Positions 20,086-30,072 of a DNA stretch of 60,658 nucleotides are shown here, one piece after another. Within the stretch, counting starts at the first letter, position 1. The number at the start of each line of letters is the position of its first letter. The translations under genes were made by a program, and so were the position numbers. The notes beneath the pieces were generated by a model. The model saw nothing but the letters and a program-made list of their open reading frames with translations, did no database searches and was not told where the DNA came from. Source of the stretch: a virus (Duplodnaviria > Caudoviricetes); the IMG/VR virus record IMGVR_UViG_3300042868_014229, positions 1 to 60,658 of that record; one strand, given 5' to 3'.

Positions 20086-20607
20086 TTAGTGTCTTTCTGC
20101 AGGTACTACAGTGATATTGAATGTTTTAAGTCTTCCAGATTGAACCTTTGCTTTTAAAAATTCATGGAACACTGGTATGTGTTCTATTCTATCATCCCAT
20201 AAAACAATCTCATCAGCTTCTGGAAACTTATCCAATAGCATATCCATTGTTTTCATTTTAGCAACATCAGTGGCACCACCTTTGTTGTAATGGTATTCAT
20301 CAAACTCTAAACCATGTTCTTGTAATATCTTTTCCACATGTGTTGAAAGCTTAATCATACGACCAGTCAACATAACCATAAGAGTTTCATCTTCTAGTTT
20401 CATTTTATCGTAAGCTTCTTTAACCATTTCAACCAATGGAGTTTCAAAGATATCTGTATCAAGACTCTCTGCTTTACCCCACCAACCTTGATGTGGCCAT
20501 TCTTTACCTGTCTTGTCCAAGTATTTTTGTTTACCTGTGATAGGTAATTCTGTTGAAACCAAAGTTCCGTCAAAATCGAATATCGCTATTTTCGTTATTT
20601 TTTTCAT
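20086..20607 (-). CDS. HAD phosphatase, Swiss-Army-knife RNA-repair-like
   Basis: FDFDGTL, GWWG, MLTGR, WDDR. Confidence 0.75.
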   Translation of the reverse strand: MKKITKIAIFDFDGTLVSTELPITGKQKYLDKTGKEWPHQGWWGKAESLDTDIFETPLVEMVKEAYDKMKLEDETLMVMLTGRMIKLSTHVEKILQEHGLEFDEYHYNKGGATDVAKMKTMDMLLDKFPEADEIVLWDDRIEHIPVFHEFLKAKVQSGRLKTFNITVVPAERH

Positions 20608-21450
20608 TTATTCTTCTATTTCTAAACGTCTTACTACGTCTTTTATGTTAATATATGATGTTAATATCATTGGTAATCCCAACAATGCATTACAGAAATC
20701 AAACATATATCGATATGTTGAAAATACACTACCCACGGTAACCTTGCTGTACATTACATAGTACGTTAACAAAGCTGTAACACTACCGTAAACAATCGCT
20801 TGAATCCAAACACCAAAATTGGAATCAATATAAGCCCTTTTAATCGCAATCTTTTGACCTCTTCGTAATAAATTGTTAACACCACCTATTTTACGTTTAC
20901 CAATAATATCAGTTTGTTCTTCCGATATGTCGTTGTTCAAAGCTGTCATTGCTGCTAACTTGGGTGAATAGTAATAACTGGCACCTACAATAGCTAAACC
21001 ACTTAGAAGTAAAAACCCTACAATAGGTAAACTAACTAGTGATAAGAAATATATTGAACCTACAACACCTATAAATGTTTGTATAACAACAATCATATCG
21101 TATTCAAAAAATCTAACAATATTGTTCATCAAGGTTAACCTACCGTTTATCTTGGTTGTTTCAATACCAGCTTCAATTTGTTTATTTGTTTCTATTGAAG
21201 CAAATTTTCTATATATCCCTGAGAATACCTTTATGTCATAAATTCGGCTAATATACCCAAAAAACATAAGCAAAACAAATGTTCCAACCATATACCAAAT
21301 ATATGAATAATCTTTAGCGATTAAATGGTCAATTGTGTTTCCTAACACCTTAGGATAAATCAACATAAGTATTGAATTTATTGAGAACAATGAATATGAA
21401 AAGATGATTGCTTTCCAATTATCCATGAACATTACTTTTAACTTACCCAT
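20608..21450 (-). CDS. ABC-transporter six-TM domain protein (no ATPase)
   Basis: LIYPKVLGNTIDHL, RIYDIKVFSGIY, six hydrophobic segments. Confidence 0.7.
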   Translation of the reverse strand: MGKLKVMFMDNWKAIIFSYSLFSINSILMLIYPKVLGNTIDHLIAKDYSYIWYMVGTFVLLMFFGYISRIYDIKVFSGIYRKFASIETNKQIEAGIETTKINGRLTLMNNIVRFFEYDMIVVIQTFIGVVGSIYFLSLVSLPIVGFLLLSGLAIVGASYYYSPKLAAMTALNNDISEEQTDIIGKRKIGGVNNLLRRGQKIAIKRAYIDSNFGVWIQAIVYGSVTALLTYYVMYSKVTVGSVFSTYRYMFDFCNALLGLPMILTSYINIKDVVRRLEIEE

Positions 21451-21782
21451 TTTTTAATTTTTTTTACTAGTTGTTTAAATATATTTTCTTTTTGTGTGTT
21501 GTTATCTGCAAGCAAACTACCGTATATTCTTTTGGTTGCAGAACCAATAAGAACCATTGTTATCGGTCCATGTGCGTGTATCGTGCTCTTTAAAGCACCT
21601 TTAATCTTGTTGGTTTCAATTTGTTTTTCTCGTCTGAGTTTTTCAATCGTTTCCAAGTTTTTCTTTTCATACTGTTTTATATGAGCCAGAATCTTATCTG
21701 GGTTAGGTTTTGGTGAAGCTAATTCACATTTGATGTTGAGCATCAAAACCCCTTCTCTGGTTGCTATTAAGTCAAATTTCAT
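21438..21782 (-). CDS. hypothetical protein
   Basis: TIHAHGPIT..LIGSATKRI motif. Confidence 0.65.
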   Translation of the reverse strand: MKFDLIATREGVLMLNIKCELASPKPNPDKILAHIKQYEKKNLETIEKLRREKQIETNKIKGALKSTIHAHGPITMVLIGSATKRIYGSLLADNNTQKENIFKQLVKKIKKWVS

Positions 21783-22325
21783 TTATTCATTAAGTTTATG
21801 CATAGACAAGTATTGTTCCATCCATTGATTCTTTTTAGTATCGTGGTCTAATACACCATAACGCATAATTTTATTTTTTGGTTTCTTTTTAAAGAACCCT
21901 TTTATTTTTTTCCATAGTTTTTTATACCATGATTCATTATACACAAAATCTATATAACACAAATCCATCGTAGGCATTGACATTGGTTGGACTGGAACCA
22001 AATCATTTGCTATAGTTCTTGCTGATATTCTTTGAACAATAGGGAAAATTAGATTCCCAATATTTAAAGGTGTTGCGTTGTTTTTCCAGTAAAATTCTAA
22101 ATCAACATCGTCATTCTTTTTATGTGCCCATAAATGAATTTCTAACTTTGCTTCTTCTTTCTCAATACTGAATATGGTAACAATTTCATTGATAATATTA
22201 TCACCATATTCTGGGTATTTATTTTCATCGTTTTTGTCAGTTAATAGATAAATCCCATAGTTACCAACAGGACTATTAGCAACGTAGTACTTTTCATCTA
22301 AGTGTTTGTGAATGTATTTTCTCAT
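21783..22325 (-). CDS. hypothetical protein containing a gp23-like major-capsid segment
   Basis: FPIVQRISARTIANDLVPVQPMSMPT. Confidence 0.6.
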   Translation of the reverse strand: MRKYIHKHLDEKYYVANSPVGNYGIYLLTDKNDENKYPEYGDNIINEIVTIFSIEKEEAKLEIHLWAHKKNDDVDLEFYWKNNATPLNIGNLIFPIVQRISARTIANDLVPVQPMSMPTMDLCYIDFVYNESWYKKLWKKIKGFFKKKPKNKIMRYGVLDHDTKKNQWMEQYLSMHKLNE

Positions 22326-22361
22326 TCACAATTATACTCATTTTAAAAATACTAGTAAAGA

Positions 22362-22868
22362 CTATTTCTTAGCTTTTGGCTTAAGTGTTGACATTAATTT
22401 TTTACCTTCCAACTTTGGTATTGATTCAGCAGAACCGTAGTCTTCCAAGTTAAGAATCAATTTTAACATAAGTTCTTGACCTTTATCAACAAAAGCCATT
22501 TGACGACCTCTAAATTGCATTGATAGTTTAACTTTATGTCCTTTTTGAAGAAACTCAATGATGTGTTTAGTGCGATACTCCAAGTCATTGTCGGCCATGT
22601 TTGGACCAAGTTTAACTTCTTTTACGTCTAAACCTTTGTTTTTTGGTTTTTTGCTTTGCTCGTACATGAACTTCTCGTAGTTCATAATCTTGCAAACACC
22701 AATATCATTGGTTTCAGTAACCAAAACTAAATCCAAGTTTAAGTCATTAGCTTTTGCTAAGGCTTCTTTTAAAGTGACGATTTCACCTTTAAAACCTTCA
22801 CCAGTTAATCTAATGTTTTGGAACCTAATCTCTTCGTTTAATTTTTCTTTTCTAACATGTTTTTTCAT
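22362..22868 (-). CDS. infC: translation initiation factor IF-3
   Basis: NEEIR, LDLVLV, VCKIMNYEKF, KEVKL, KGHKVK..FRGRQ. Confidence 0.93.
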   Translation of the reverse strand: MKKHVRKEKLNEEIRFQNIRLTGEGFKGEIVTLKEALAKANDLNLDLVLVTETNDIGVCKIMNYEKFMYEQSKKPKNKGLDVKEVKLGPNMADNDLEYRTKHIIEFLQKGHKVKLSMQFRGRQMAFVDKGQELMLKLILNLEDYGSAESIPKLEGKKLMSTLKPKAKK

Positions 22869-23332
22869 ATTGTTGCTCTAATAAATTCAATCAATTCGTC
22901 AAATGTATCAACTTGGTTAATACCGTAATACTCACATACTACATCTACATTACCTTTTCTCCAGAAACCTTCTGGACATAACACAACCAACTTTTGTTCT
23001 TTGGCGTGTAACCCTAACTCCAATAATGAAATTGGGGATTTTGTGTTTGGGTCAAAATACATAATTACAATCTGAGCTAATTCTAAGGAACTCAATTCCC
23101 AAATTACCTGCTCAACAAAATTATCGTTATCAATATCTTGTTTCCAAGATGAATCCCAATCCTCACGTCTTGGGTTCAGAAATCTGATTGGTTTATCAGA
23201 TAGTGCGGCAATAACTTTCTCTTGCCATTTTTCAGCTACTCCCATTTCAATGCTACCAGCCAAGAATATATTTACGTATTCTTGGTCAATAGTAACTGAA
23301 TTAGGTGCTTGAACTTCAATTGCTTTGTTCAT
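22865..23332 (-). CDS. nucleoside 2-deoxyribosyltransferase-like protein
   Basis: FLAGSI, NPRR, QVIWE, SPISLLELG. Confidence 0.85.
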   Translation of the reverse strand: MNKAIEVQAPNSVTIDQEYVNIFLAGSIEMGVAEKWQEKVIAALSDKPIRFLNPRREDWDSSWKQDIDNDNFVEQVIWELSSLELAQIVIMYFDPNTKSPISLLELGLHAKEQKLVVLCPEGFWRKGNVDVVCEYYGINQVDTFDELIEFIRATI

Positions 23333-23564
23333 TAATCAATTTTAATTTTTCTTTTCTGGTAAGTTGTTTTATTCTATATTCTTCTTTACTTGCACTACTT
23401 CTATCCTCGGCTTCAAATGAGGCCTTTAGAACGACTGGAAGTCTAGTTTTGGTATATTTAGCACCTTTACCATTATTATGTGTTTTAAGCCTCTTATCGA
23501 GGTCTGTGGTTATCCCAGTGTATAACGTTCCATCAGAACATTCTAAGATATAAACATACCACAT
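23316..23564 (-). CDS. GIY-YIG nuclease (UPF0213/YhbQ-like)
   Basis: YVYILECSDGTLYTGITTD..RL..HN.GKGAKYT. Confidence 0.9.
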   Translation of the reverse strand: MWYVYILECSDGTLYTGITTDLDKRLKTHNNGKGAKYTKTRLPVVLKASFEAEDRSSASKEEYRIKQLTRKEKLKLINEQSN

Positions 23565-23779
23565 TATAAATCAAATCTAAGACTACCCTCACTAAACAAA
23601 TCATTGTTGCTTGTAAGACCATATTCACTCAAACACTCTTTTACTAGTGTTTGCATTTCAGAAGATTTTCCAGTGACAATTTCTACTTGGCTAACCTTGG
23701 CTTGCATGGCTTCCCAAATAAAAGTATCTAACTTTCTTGTAACGTCTGAATGTTTAATTCCGTGTAAATCTAGTATCAT
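23564..23779 (-). CDS. stand-alone Smr domain protein
   Basis: LDLHG...IVTG. Confidence 0.8.
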   Translation of the reverse strand: MILDLHGIKHSDVTRKLDTFIWEAMQAKVSQVEIVTGKSSEMQTLVKECLSEYGLTSNNDLFSEGSLRFDL

Positions 23780-24231
23780 TTGAGAAATTCTATTATTTCT
23801 TCAATTCTATCCAATGATGCTACTTGAGTTGGATGAAGCAAATCTCTTGCTATTTCAATATCAACCCACGCATAATCATCCATTTCAGGGAAACCTCCAC
23901 GTGCTTTGGGTACATTTGAGTTACATTTTAACTCAAACGATTCAAAATCAACCTTAGGATTTTCACTTTCTAAAAATAAAAACGCTTTTAACGATTTTTT
24001 TTTATGTGAATATGTTTGTATTTCTAAATGAATGAACTTTTCACTTTCAGTCAAATCAATGTTGGTTTCTTCACGTGTTTCACGAATAGCAGCATCAAGT
24101 GCTTCTTCACCTTTTTCAATCTTACCTTTTGGAATACTCCAAACATCTGCTGGATGATTAGTCGGATGACAAATCAAAACTTGTTTTTCTTTATTTACTA
24201 GGAATATCCCAGCCGCTAATACTTTTGCCAT
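23776..24231 (-). CDS. NUDIX hydrolase
   Basis: PKGKIEKGEEALDAAIRETREETNI. Confidence 0.9.
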   Translation of the reverse strand: MAKVLAAGIFLVNKEKQVLICHPTNHPADVWSIPKGKIEKGEEALDAAIRETREETNIDLTESEKFIHLEIQTYSHKKKSLKAFLFLESENPKVDFESFELKCNSNVPKARGGFPEMDDYAWVDIEIARDLLHPTQVASLDRIEEIIEFLK

Positions 24232-24297
24232 AATCTTAAATTAATAATGCAAAGATACTAATTATTTTTACATAAACAAGCATCTTTGCATTTATTT

Positions 24298-24714
24298 TTA
24301 GATTAACCCTCTACTTTCTAACCATTCCTCAGTTTTACCCCAATCTACAAAAGGTCTTTGTGATATTGTTGTATCATACCTCAGAGGACAACCTAATGCA
24401 ATATCATCAATCAAAAGTTGACCAAAAGCTTTAGGGCTATCTGTCCAATTTTTTTGGTCAGGATTTTCGTTTATCCCATACAATGGTAATTCATTATCTG
24501 CAAACCATTGAACAGCTTCATCAAGCGTATCTCTGGTTGAACCATTAAAATTAATAAATGGTCTGTGACTTCTCATAGTAAACAATATCAATCTATGACC
24601 TTTTTCTACCAACTTTTTTAACACTGGAACACTACCGATGTCTTTACCAACATTTGGAAAATCATGTGTTGTACACGTTCCATCAAAATCTACTAATATT
24701 TCAATATTTTCCAT
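24298..24714 (-). CDS. HAD-like phosphatase (BT0820-like)
   Basis: VDFDGT, LFTMR, INENP, IDD. Confidence 0.75.
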   Translation of the reverse strand: MENIEILVDFDGTCTTHDFPNVGKDIGSVPVLKKLVEKGHRLILFTMRSHRPFINFNGSTRDTLDEAVQWFADNELPLYGINENPDQKNWTDSPKAFGQLLIDDIALGCPLRYDTTISQRPFVDWGKTEEWLESRGLI

Positions 24715-24716
24715 AA

Positions 24717-26297
24717 TTAAAATGTTGTATATTCTCCGTTGATGAAATTTATGTGTTGCGACCTTCCATCATTATGTATAATTACATGTGATTGTAACCA
24801 TGTACTAGCCCCTTTGTTGTACCCAACTCTCAATTTTGTTGATGTACCAACAGCCAATGCACCATCTTTTCTACCAGGACTATGATAGTGTCCTACAATA
24901 ATCTTTGTATTCAATTTACGAAATTGTAATAATGAACCACGACTACCATTTGAACCAATATCACCATGTTGTCCTAATTCCCAGTCTTTTACTCTATATG
25001 TAGCACTTCTACCTAGAGTAATGAATTTAGGAAATTTCTCGTTGATTATACATGGAATAACACCTTTAACATTGTAAGGGTCTCTACCATATTGTTCTAA
25101 CAACATATCAGACATTTTCATGTAAAGTCTTGAGTTCTTGTATGTTGGTTGTTTCTTCCAATCTTCGTTTTTTAACCATCGGTCTAAGAAATCATCATGG
25201 TTACTTCTAACAATCACAACGTTATCAAACTTCTCAAAAGCTTGTAGTCCTTCTAACATTTCATCAACTTCTTTACCCAAGTCATTGGTTCCAGCAACCT
25301 CTTTACCATATTGGATAAAAGGGTCTTTCATTTCGTGATGGCTTATAGAATTTCCATCAAAAACATCGTGAAGAATCACGTGTTTTGGTGTTAACGCTTC
25401 TAATAATTCCATCGTTGAATCCAAAACTTCTTGGTCATGATGACCGTAGTGGATATCACCTAAAACAGCAGCAGCAATTGTATTTAAACCACTAACACTT
25501 CCACCTTCAACTCTAAAGAATAAATCACTAAAGTTACCAGTTTTATCATCGGCAGTTACTTGTCTAACAAAAAACGTCTCATCGTCTTTAATTTCAACAA
25601 TAACAAAACCAAAGGTGTGGTGAAATTCACCAGTCTTACCAGATTTAGAATCTGTGTAGTTCTTTTTAGTAATTGACCCAGTGGTTAACATAATCTTTGG
25701 TTTGTTACCTTCTAGCACTGGAATCATTTCCATTTGTACCTTAGGACTACCGAAGATTGATGAGTTCACACCACTCAATGCTTGTAACCCAGTCATAGGG
25801 TTAACAGCTGTTGCTTGAATCTTGATATCAGATAAAATAGACACATATTTGTGAATATCATGTCTGTTGGCATCTAAATATTTAACTACTTCTTCAGCCC
25901 AAAATTCTTCATTTTCTTGGTCATTGGACCAGATACTTGTTGGGTTCTTATACCTACCAGCGATGACATGAACATCAGCGTTAATATAATCAGCATAAGC
26001 TTCGATGTTTTTAAGAAATCCCTTGTGTACTGGGGTATTATTTTGTGCCCATGTAATAATGAAACGTCTTTTTGTTTCATCATATGTTTTGGCTTTGGCT
26101 TTAAGATACTGTTCTGGTTCCACCTCAACCTTTTCTTTAAACCCTAATTTCTCAGAACACCATTTTCTTACGGTTCTTTCTGATTTACCAAAAAACCCTA
26201 CCAATTTATTCATCCTATCATCCCATGATAGTTCTTTGTTTTGGTAAACGCCTCTTGCGTATTCTACTTCTTCTGGTGTTAAATCTTTAAAATTCAC
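24717..26297 (-). CDS. large metallophosphoesterase-fold phage protein with N-terminal HTH-like region
   Basis: GDIH, HDVFDG, SNHD, HGD, GHYHS; SERTVRKW. Confidence 0.7.
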   Translation of the reverse strand: MNFKDLTPEEVEYARGVYQNKELSWDDRMNKLVGFFGKSERTVRKWCSEKLGFKEKVEVEPEQYLKAKAKTYDETKRRFIITWAQNNTPVHKGFLKNIEAYADYINADVHVIAGRYKNPTSIWSNDQENEEFWAEEVVKYLDANRHDIHKYVSILSDIKIQATAVNPMTGLQALSGVNSSIFGSPKVQMEMIPVLEGNKPKIMLTTGSITKKNYTDSKSGKTGEFHHTFGFVIVEIKDDETFFVRQVTADDKTGNFSDLFFRVEGGSVSGLNTIAAAVLGDIHYGHHDQEVLDSTMELLEALTPKHVILHDVFDGNSISHHEMKDPFIQYGKEVAGTNDLGKEVDEMLEGLQAFEKFDNVVIVRSNHDDFLDRWLKNEDWKKQPTYKNSRLYMKMSDMLLEQYGRDPYNVKGVIPCIINEKFPKFITLGRSATYRVKDWELGQHGDIGSNGSRGSLLQFRKLNTKIIVGHYHSPGRKDGALAVGTSTKLRVGYNKGASTWLQSHVIIHNDGRSQHINFINGEYTTF

Positions 26298-26372
26298 TAA
26301 TTTCTTTTATTAATTCAATGTTATTTTGGTAAATATACAATTAATATTTACAATAATCAAACTTAATCCCAA

Positions 26373-27176
26373 TTATTTACTAACTGGGATTAAGTTTTGT
26401 AGGTATTCTCTGTCTTTTGAAAACTCTGGTGTATTATAATCTGGCAACCATTTATTACGTTGCACTGGTTCACCATTTTCACCATCAACCCAAATAGTCC
26501 CTTTCTTAACTACAACACCTCTTTTGTATTTAGGTTTGTAATCATTCCAGTTAATACCTTTTTCAGTGAATAGCATTTCTTGTTTATCACTACCAGATTT
26601 ACCCTCTAACAACTTGTGTGAGAAATTAGCAGAAGCAGCCATACTTACGCTATTACGAGTACAATCTTGTTGTCTCCAAACAAAATAGTTGTAAACCTCT
26701 GTGATATCAGGAATAACAAATACTCTAGCATCAAAGATAGCACCAAGTTCGTTTAAAGTACCAGTTGTGATTTTTTGAATCAAGTCTTCTGGTTTGTATT
26801 TGAACGTGGCTAAGAATCTAAGCATGAAACTATTAAAAGCTTCAGTTGCTTTGGCTGCAGTGATACTACAAATTTTTTGTACCTTCCCATCATAAATCAA
26901 TTCAGAATTGATATTATCAAGGTTGGTAAAGATAAGACTAATCTCATCTGACTGAGTATAAGCCATCTTAGGATTGAATTGTTTACACAATTCCATTGTT
27001 GCAAAATCCATTGTATTTGATAAGGTATCATCAAATGGTTTCTCAAATTGTTTAGTGTACTTGCTGAACCCAACACCATCTAAACGTACAATTACGTAAG
27101 ACCTGTTAGGAACCTTGTACCCATAGCAACCTTCATATTCTTTCATGCGGTCACTTAAACTTTTATCTTTTCCCAT
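26373..27176 (-). CDS. tRNA(His) guanylyltransferase Thg1-like protein
   Basis: RMKEYE, RLDG.GFS, YTQSDEIS, FDARVF, WRQQDC.RNS. Confidence 0.92.
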   Translation of the reverse strand: MGKDKSLSDRMKEYEGCYGYKVPNRSYVIVRLDGVGFSKYTKQFEKPFDDTLSNTMDFATMELCKQFNPKMAYTQSDEISLIFTNLDNINSELIYDGKVQKICSITAAKATEAFNSFMLRFLATFKYKPEDLIQKITTGTLNELGAIFDARVFVIPDITEVYNYFVWRQQDCTRNSVSMAASANFSHKLLEGKSGSDKQEMLFTEKGINWNDYKPKYKRGVVVKKGTIWVDGENGEPVQRNKWLPDYNTPEFSKDREYLQNLIPVSK

Positions 27177-27177
27177 T

Positions 27178-27441
27178 TTATTGTTGATTTAAAATGTTAA
27201 TTGTTTTTACATAACTAGCGTATGGAACGTATGAATCATCTAACCTTACAACTGAAACATGGTCATCAATCCATAAGAATGGTGCGTTTACACTTCTGAT
27301 AACAATAGTATCAACTGTTTTATCTAAGTATTTAACTTCTACTTGCCAATCAGTAGTTACTGGTTCTGGTTCTAATGCTTTTGGTTTTTCGTTACAACTA
27401 ACCATAAGGATAATTGTTAACACTAATAATATTTGTTTCAT
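27178..27441 (-). CDS. putative lipoprotein
   Basis: LMVSC lipobox. Confidence 0.6.
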   Translation of the reverse strand: MKQILLVLTIILMVSCNEKPKALEPEPVTTDWQVEVKYLDKTVDTIVIRSVNAPFLWIDDHVSVVRLDDSYVPYASYVKTINILNQQ

Positions 27442-28061
27442 TTTTTATTTAATTTAATTATACATGTAATTGCTATTCTTGGTTTTGTGGTCGAGTTCTC
27501 GTTTGAATAATGAACAGAGAATTGATTGTGAATGACACAATCACCATATTTTAACTCTACTGGTGTAAATTCTGCCAATGGTATATCTGTTATGTATTGC
27601 GACATCCCAGTCTTACCAGTTCGAGTTCTTACATTCGTTCCACAATCGTCATGTTTGATTATTTCACGTTTACCATCCCAATCCTTATAAAACATTGTTG
27701 AAGTTGATACATCAACATCATGCAAAGGAATCCAGAAAGTAAGAATGTCATCGTCCACGTTGTCAAAATAAGCACCATCTTGATGAGGTGCTGTAATTTT
27801 GTAATCAGGATGTTTTATAAAGTATTGCATATTAAGTACTTCGCCATCATACCCTAAAGTTTCTCTAATGTATTTAGAAATAATAAAAAATACTCTAAAA
27901 TTCTGACAATTTTGAATTTGTTTAACATCACCATTCTTGGTTCTAAAAACATTTTCATCCTTGCATTGTAGAGCAACTGATTCAAAATCCCTAGCAATTA
28001 AATCTAAACCTTCTTTAGGGAATGCTTGTCTTAATATTTTATACCCTTTTTCCATTACCAA
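27438..28061 (-). CDS. Fe(II)/2OG dioxygenase (PhyH-like)
   Basis: PHQD, WIPL, GDCVIH...VHYS..N...R. Confidence 0.85.
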   Translation of the reverse strand: MVMEKGYKILRQAFPKEGLDLIARDFESVALQCKDENVFRTKNGDVKQIQNCQNFRVFFIISKYIRETLGYDGEVLNMQYFIKHPDYKITAPHQDGAYFDNVDDDILTFWIPLHDVDVSTSTMFYKDWDGKREIIKHDDCGTNVRTRTGKTGMSQYITDIPLAEFTPVELKYGDCVIHNQFSVHYSNENSTTKPRIAITCIIKLNKK

Positions 28062-29044
28062 CGTTCTTTTTTAAGTCCTTCGTAACTAGAACTGCTATTG
28101 ATAGCACTCATAGCAATACTAATTTGTTTAGCCATGCTAATTACATTTATTTTGTTATTGCTATACATTCCGTTGTAGTCAACTGGCTTAGGTAGTGAGT
28201 TACTAATAACCAATTCAGTAAGAACCGATTTATCAATTCGAGCAAGAGCTGGTCCAGAACAAATTCCGTGACTAATAATCGCTCTAACACTCTTGGCACC
28301 AGCTTCTATAAGAACCTCTGCAGCTTTGCATAGCGTTCCAGCAGTATCAACCATATCATCCAAGATGATTACATCTTTATTGTTTACATCACCAATAACT
28401 GACATGGTATCAATAACGTTAGCTTTTGCTCTTGTTTTATACATAAGAACAAAATCCAAATCTAACCCATGAGTTTTCTCCAATTCTTTTTTCATTCTTT
28501 CAACACGTTTACCAGACCCTGCATCAGGACCACATAGGATTGTGTCTTCAGTAGCGATGCTAGCGATGTATTCGCTAAACACATTTTTACCTTCCAAATG
28601 AGTTACTGGAATGTTAAAGAACCCTTGAATTTGGTCAGCATGTAAATCAAATGTGATAACACCAGTCGCTCCACGTTGCTCAAGCATTTCAGCCACAACC
28701 TTGGCACCAATTGGTCCACGTTTTTGGTCTTTTTTGTCTTGACGAGCATATGGAAAATAAGGTAAAATTGGAATGATTTCTTTTGCTGCTGCACGTTTAG
28801 CGGCATCGATAGCCAAGTTAAGGTTCATGAGTTTATCAGAATCGTTTGCACTAGTAAGAATGTAAACACGCTTGCCTCTGATTGAATTATCAAAATCAGG
28901 ACATAATTCTCCATCGGAAAATTTTTGACTGGTTATGGTGTCTAAAGATACTTTATTTTTAATCTTGTGATTATCAATAAAGCTGACTATCTCGTTTGCA
29001 AAGTCTTCTCTACCATCTAGAGAAACTAATATAGTATTTTCCAT
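28055..29044 (-). CDS. prs: ribose-phosphate pyrophosphokinase
   Basis: FSDGE, PYFPYARQD, DLHADQIQGFF, PDAG, LDDMVDTAGT. Confidence 0.93.
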   Translation of the reverse strand: MENTILVSLDGREDFANEIVSFIDNHKIKNKVSLDTITSQKFSDGELCPDFDNSIRGKRVYILTSANDSDKLMNLNLAIDAAKRAAAKEIIPILPYFPYARQDKKDQKRGPIGAKVVAEMLEQRGATGVITFDLHADQIQGFFNIPVTHLEGKNVFSEYIASIATEDTILCGPDAGSGKRVERMKKELEKTHGLDLDFVLMYKTRAKANVIDTMSVIGDVNNKDVIILDDMVDTAGTLCKAAEVLIEAGAKSVRAIISHGICSGPALARIDKSVLTELVISNSLPKPVDYNGMYSNNKINVISMAKQISIAMSAINSSSSYEGLKKERW

Positions 29045-29093
29045 GTTTATAAATTTTTAACAAAGATACTAAAAAGATATCGAATAAAACAAA

Positions 29094-29273
29094 TTATTCG
29101 ATATCTTTTTTTACTTTTCTGTTAAACAAATATATTAACCATGCGATAACACCTGCTATCGCTAAATATTTTGCTAAATAAGTGAACACTACTATTCCAA
29201 ACCAAATGGCATGAAATATGATTATTACTAACAAAACTGCTAGGAATATTAATATAAATTTTGCTATTTTCAT
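29094..29273 (-). CDS. small membrane protein (59 aa)
   Basis: Manually translated MKIAKFILIFLAVLL... Confidence 0.55.
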   Translation of the reverse strand: MKIAKFILIFLAVLLVIIIFHAIWFGIVVFTYLAKYLAIAGVIAWLIYLFNRKVKKDIE

Positions 29274-29281
29274 TTTTTTTA

Positions 29282-29731
29282 TTATTTAATTATTATTGAA
29301 CCTGTATGTTTATTGGTAACCCATTTTTCATCACATATATCACTAACGGATATTACGTATTCACCTTTAGGTGGATATTTTAAAGAAAATGACTCTGTGG
29401 TTATTGAATGAAATACACATTTACCACAATTAGGAAAATAATACGTTCCTTCAGAACCATTATGATAATCTCTACCACACGAGTAATAGAATGTTTCGCT
29501 CATAGTAACTTCTTTACCATTGATAGTCATAGATAATTCATAATCTTTTGATATCCTAATTTGTTTCTGCCAGTCTTTATCTTCACTGGTAAATAAATCC
29601 TTTGGGACCAATAGTTTCATTGTATCAGTTTTCTTATCATAAGAAAACGTTACACCACCAACCTTAGTCGTTTGACCAAACATTACTCCTACCAAAAGGA
29701 ATAAAATTAGTGTTAATTTATTTTTTTCCAT
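29282..29731 (-). CDS. secreted hypothetical protein
   Basis: Signal peptide. Confidence 0.6.
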   Translation of the reverse strand: MEKNKLTLILFLLVGVMFGQTTKVGGVTFSYDKKTDTMKLLVPKDLFTSEDKDWQKQIRISKDYELSMTINGKEVTMSETFYYSCGRDYHNGSEGTYYFPNCGKCVFHSITTESFSLKYPPKGEYVISVSDICDEKWVTNKHTGSIIIK

Positions 29732-30072
29732 TCTCTAAGATGAAATTTAGTTTTATAAGTACCAGTTTGGAAATGACCATTATATAAAACAATATCCAAT
29801 ACTGTTGGTAATTCTGAAAACACTTTATCCCATTCTGCTTTTTGTTCGTCAGAGTATTCTTTAATATCTTCAGTGTTAAAAGGGTCAAACCCTTCTGGTA
29901 CACCATTTAATATGATATCCATAGCATCATATAGGTTATTTTCCCCAAATACTGGGATAAAATCATCACCATCGTGTCCTAGACTTACGATAGCACCATC
30001 TTTTTCTGACCAACGTAATTTACTAATTAGTTTGATGTGGTCTTCCGTTACTGTTAATTTTAATACTGACAT
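29713..30072 (-). CDS. hypothetical phage protein
   Basis: TEDHIKL motif. Confidence 0.65.
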   Translation of the reverse strand: MSVLKLTVTEDHIKLISKLRWSEKDGAIVSLGHDGDDFIPVFGENNLYDAMDIILNGVPEGFDPFNTEDIKEYSDEQKAEWDKVFSELPTVLDIVLYNGHFQTGTYKTKFHLREWKKIN

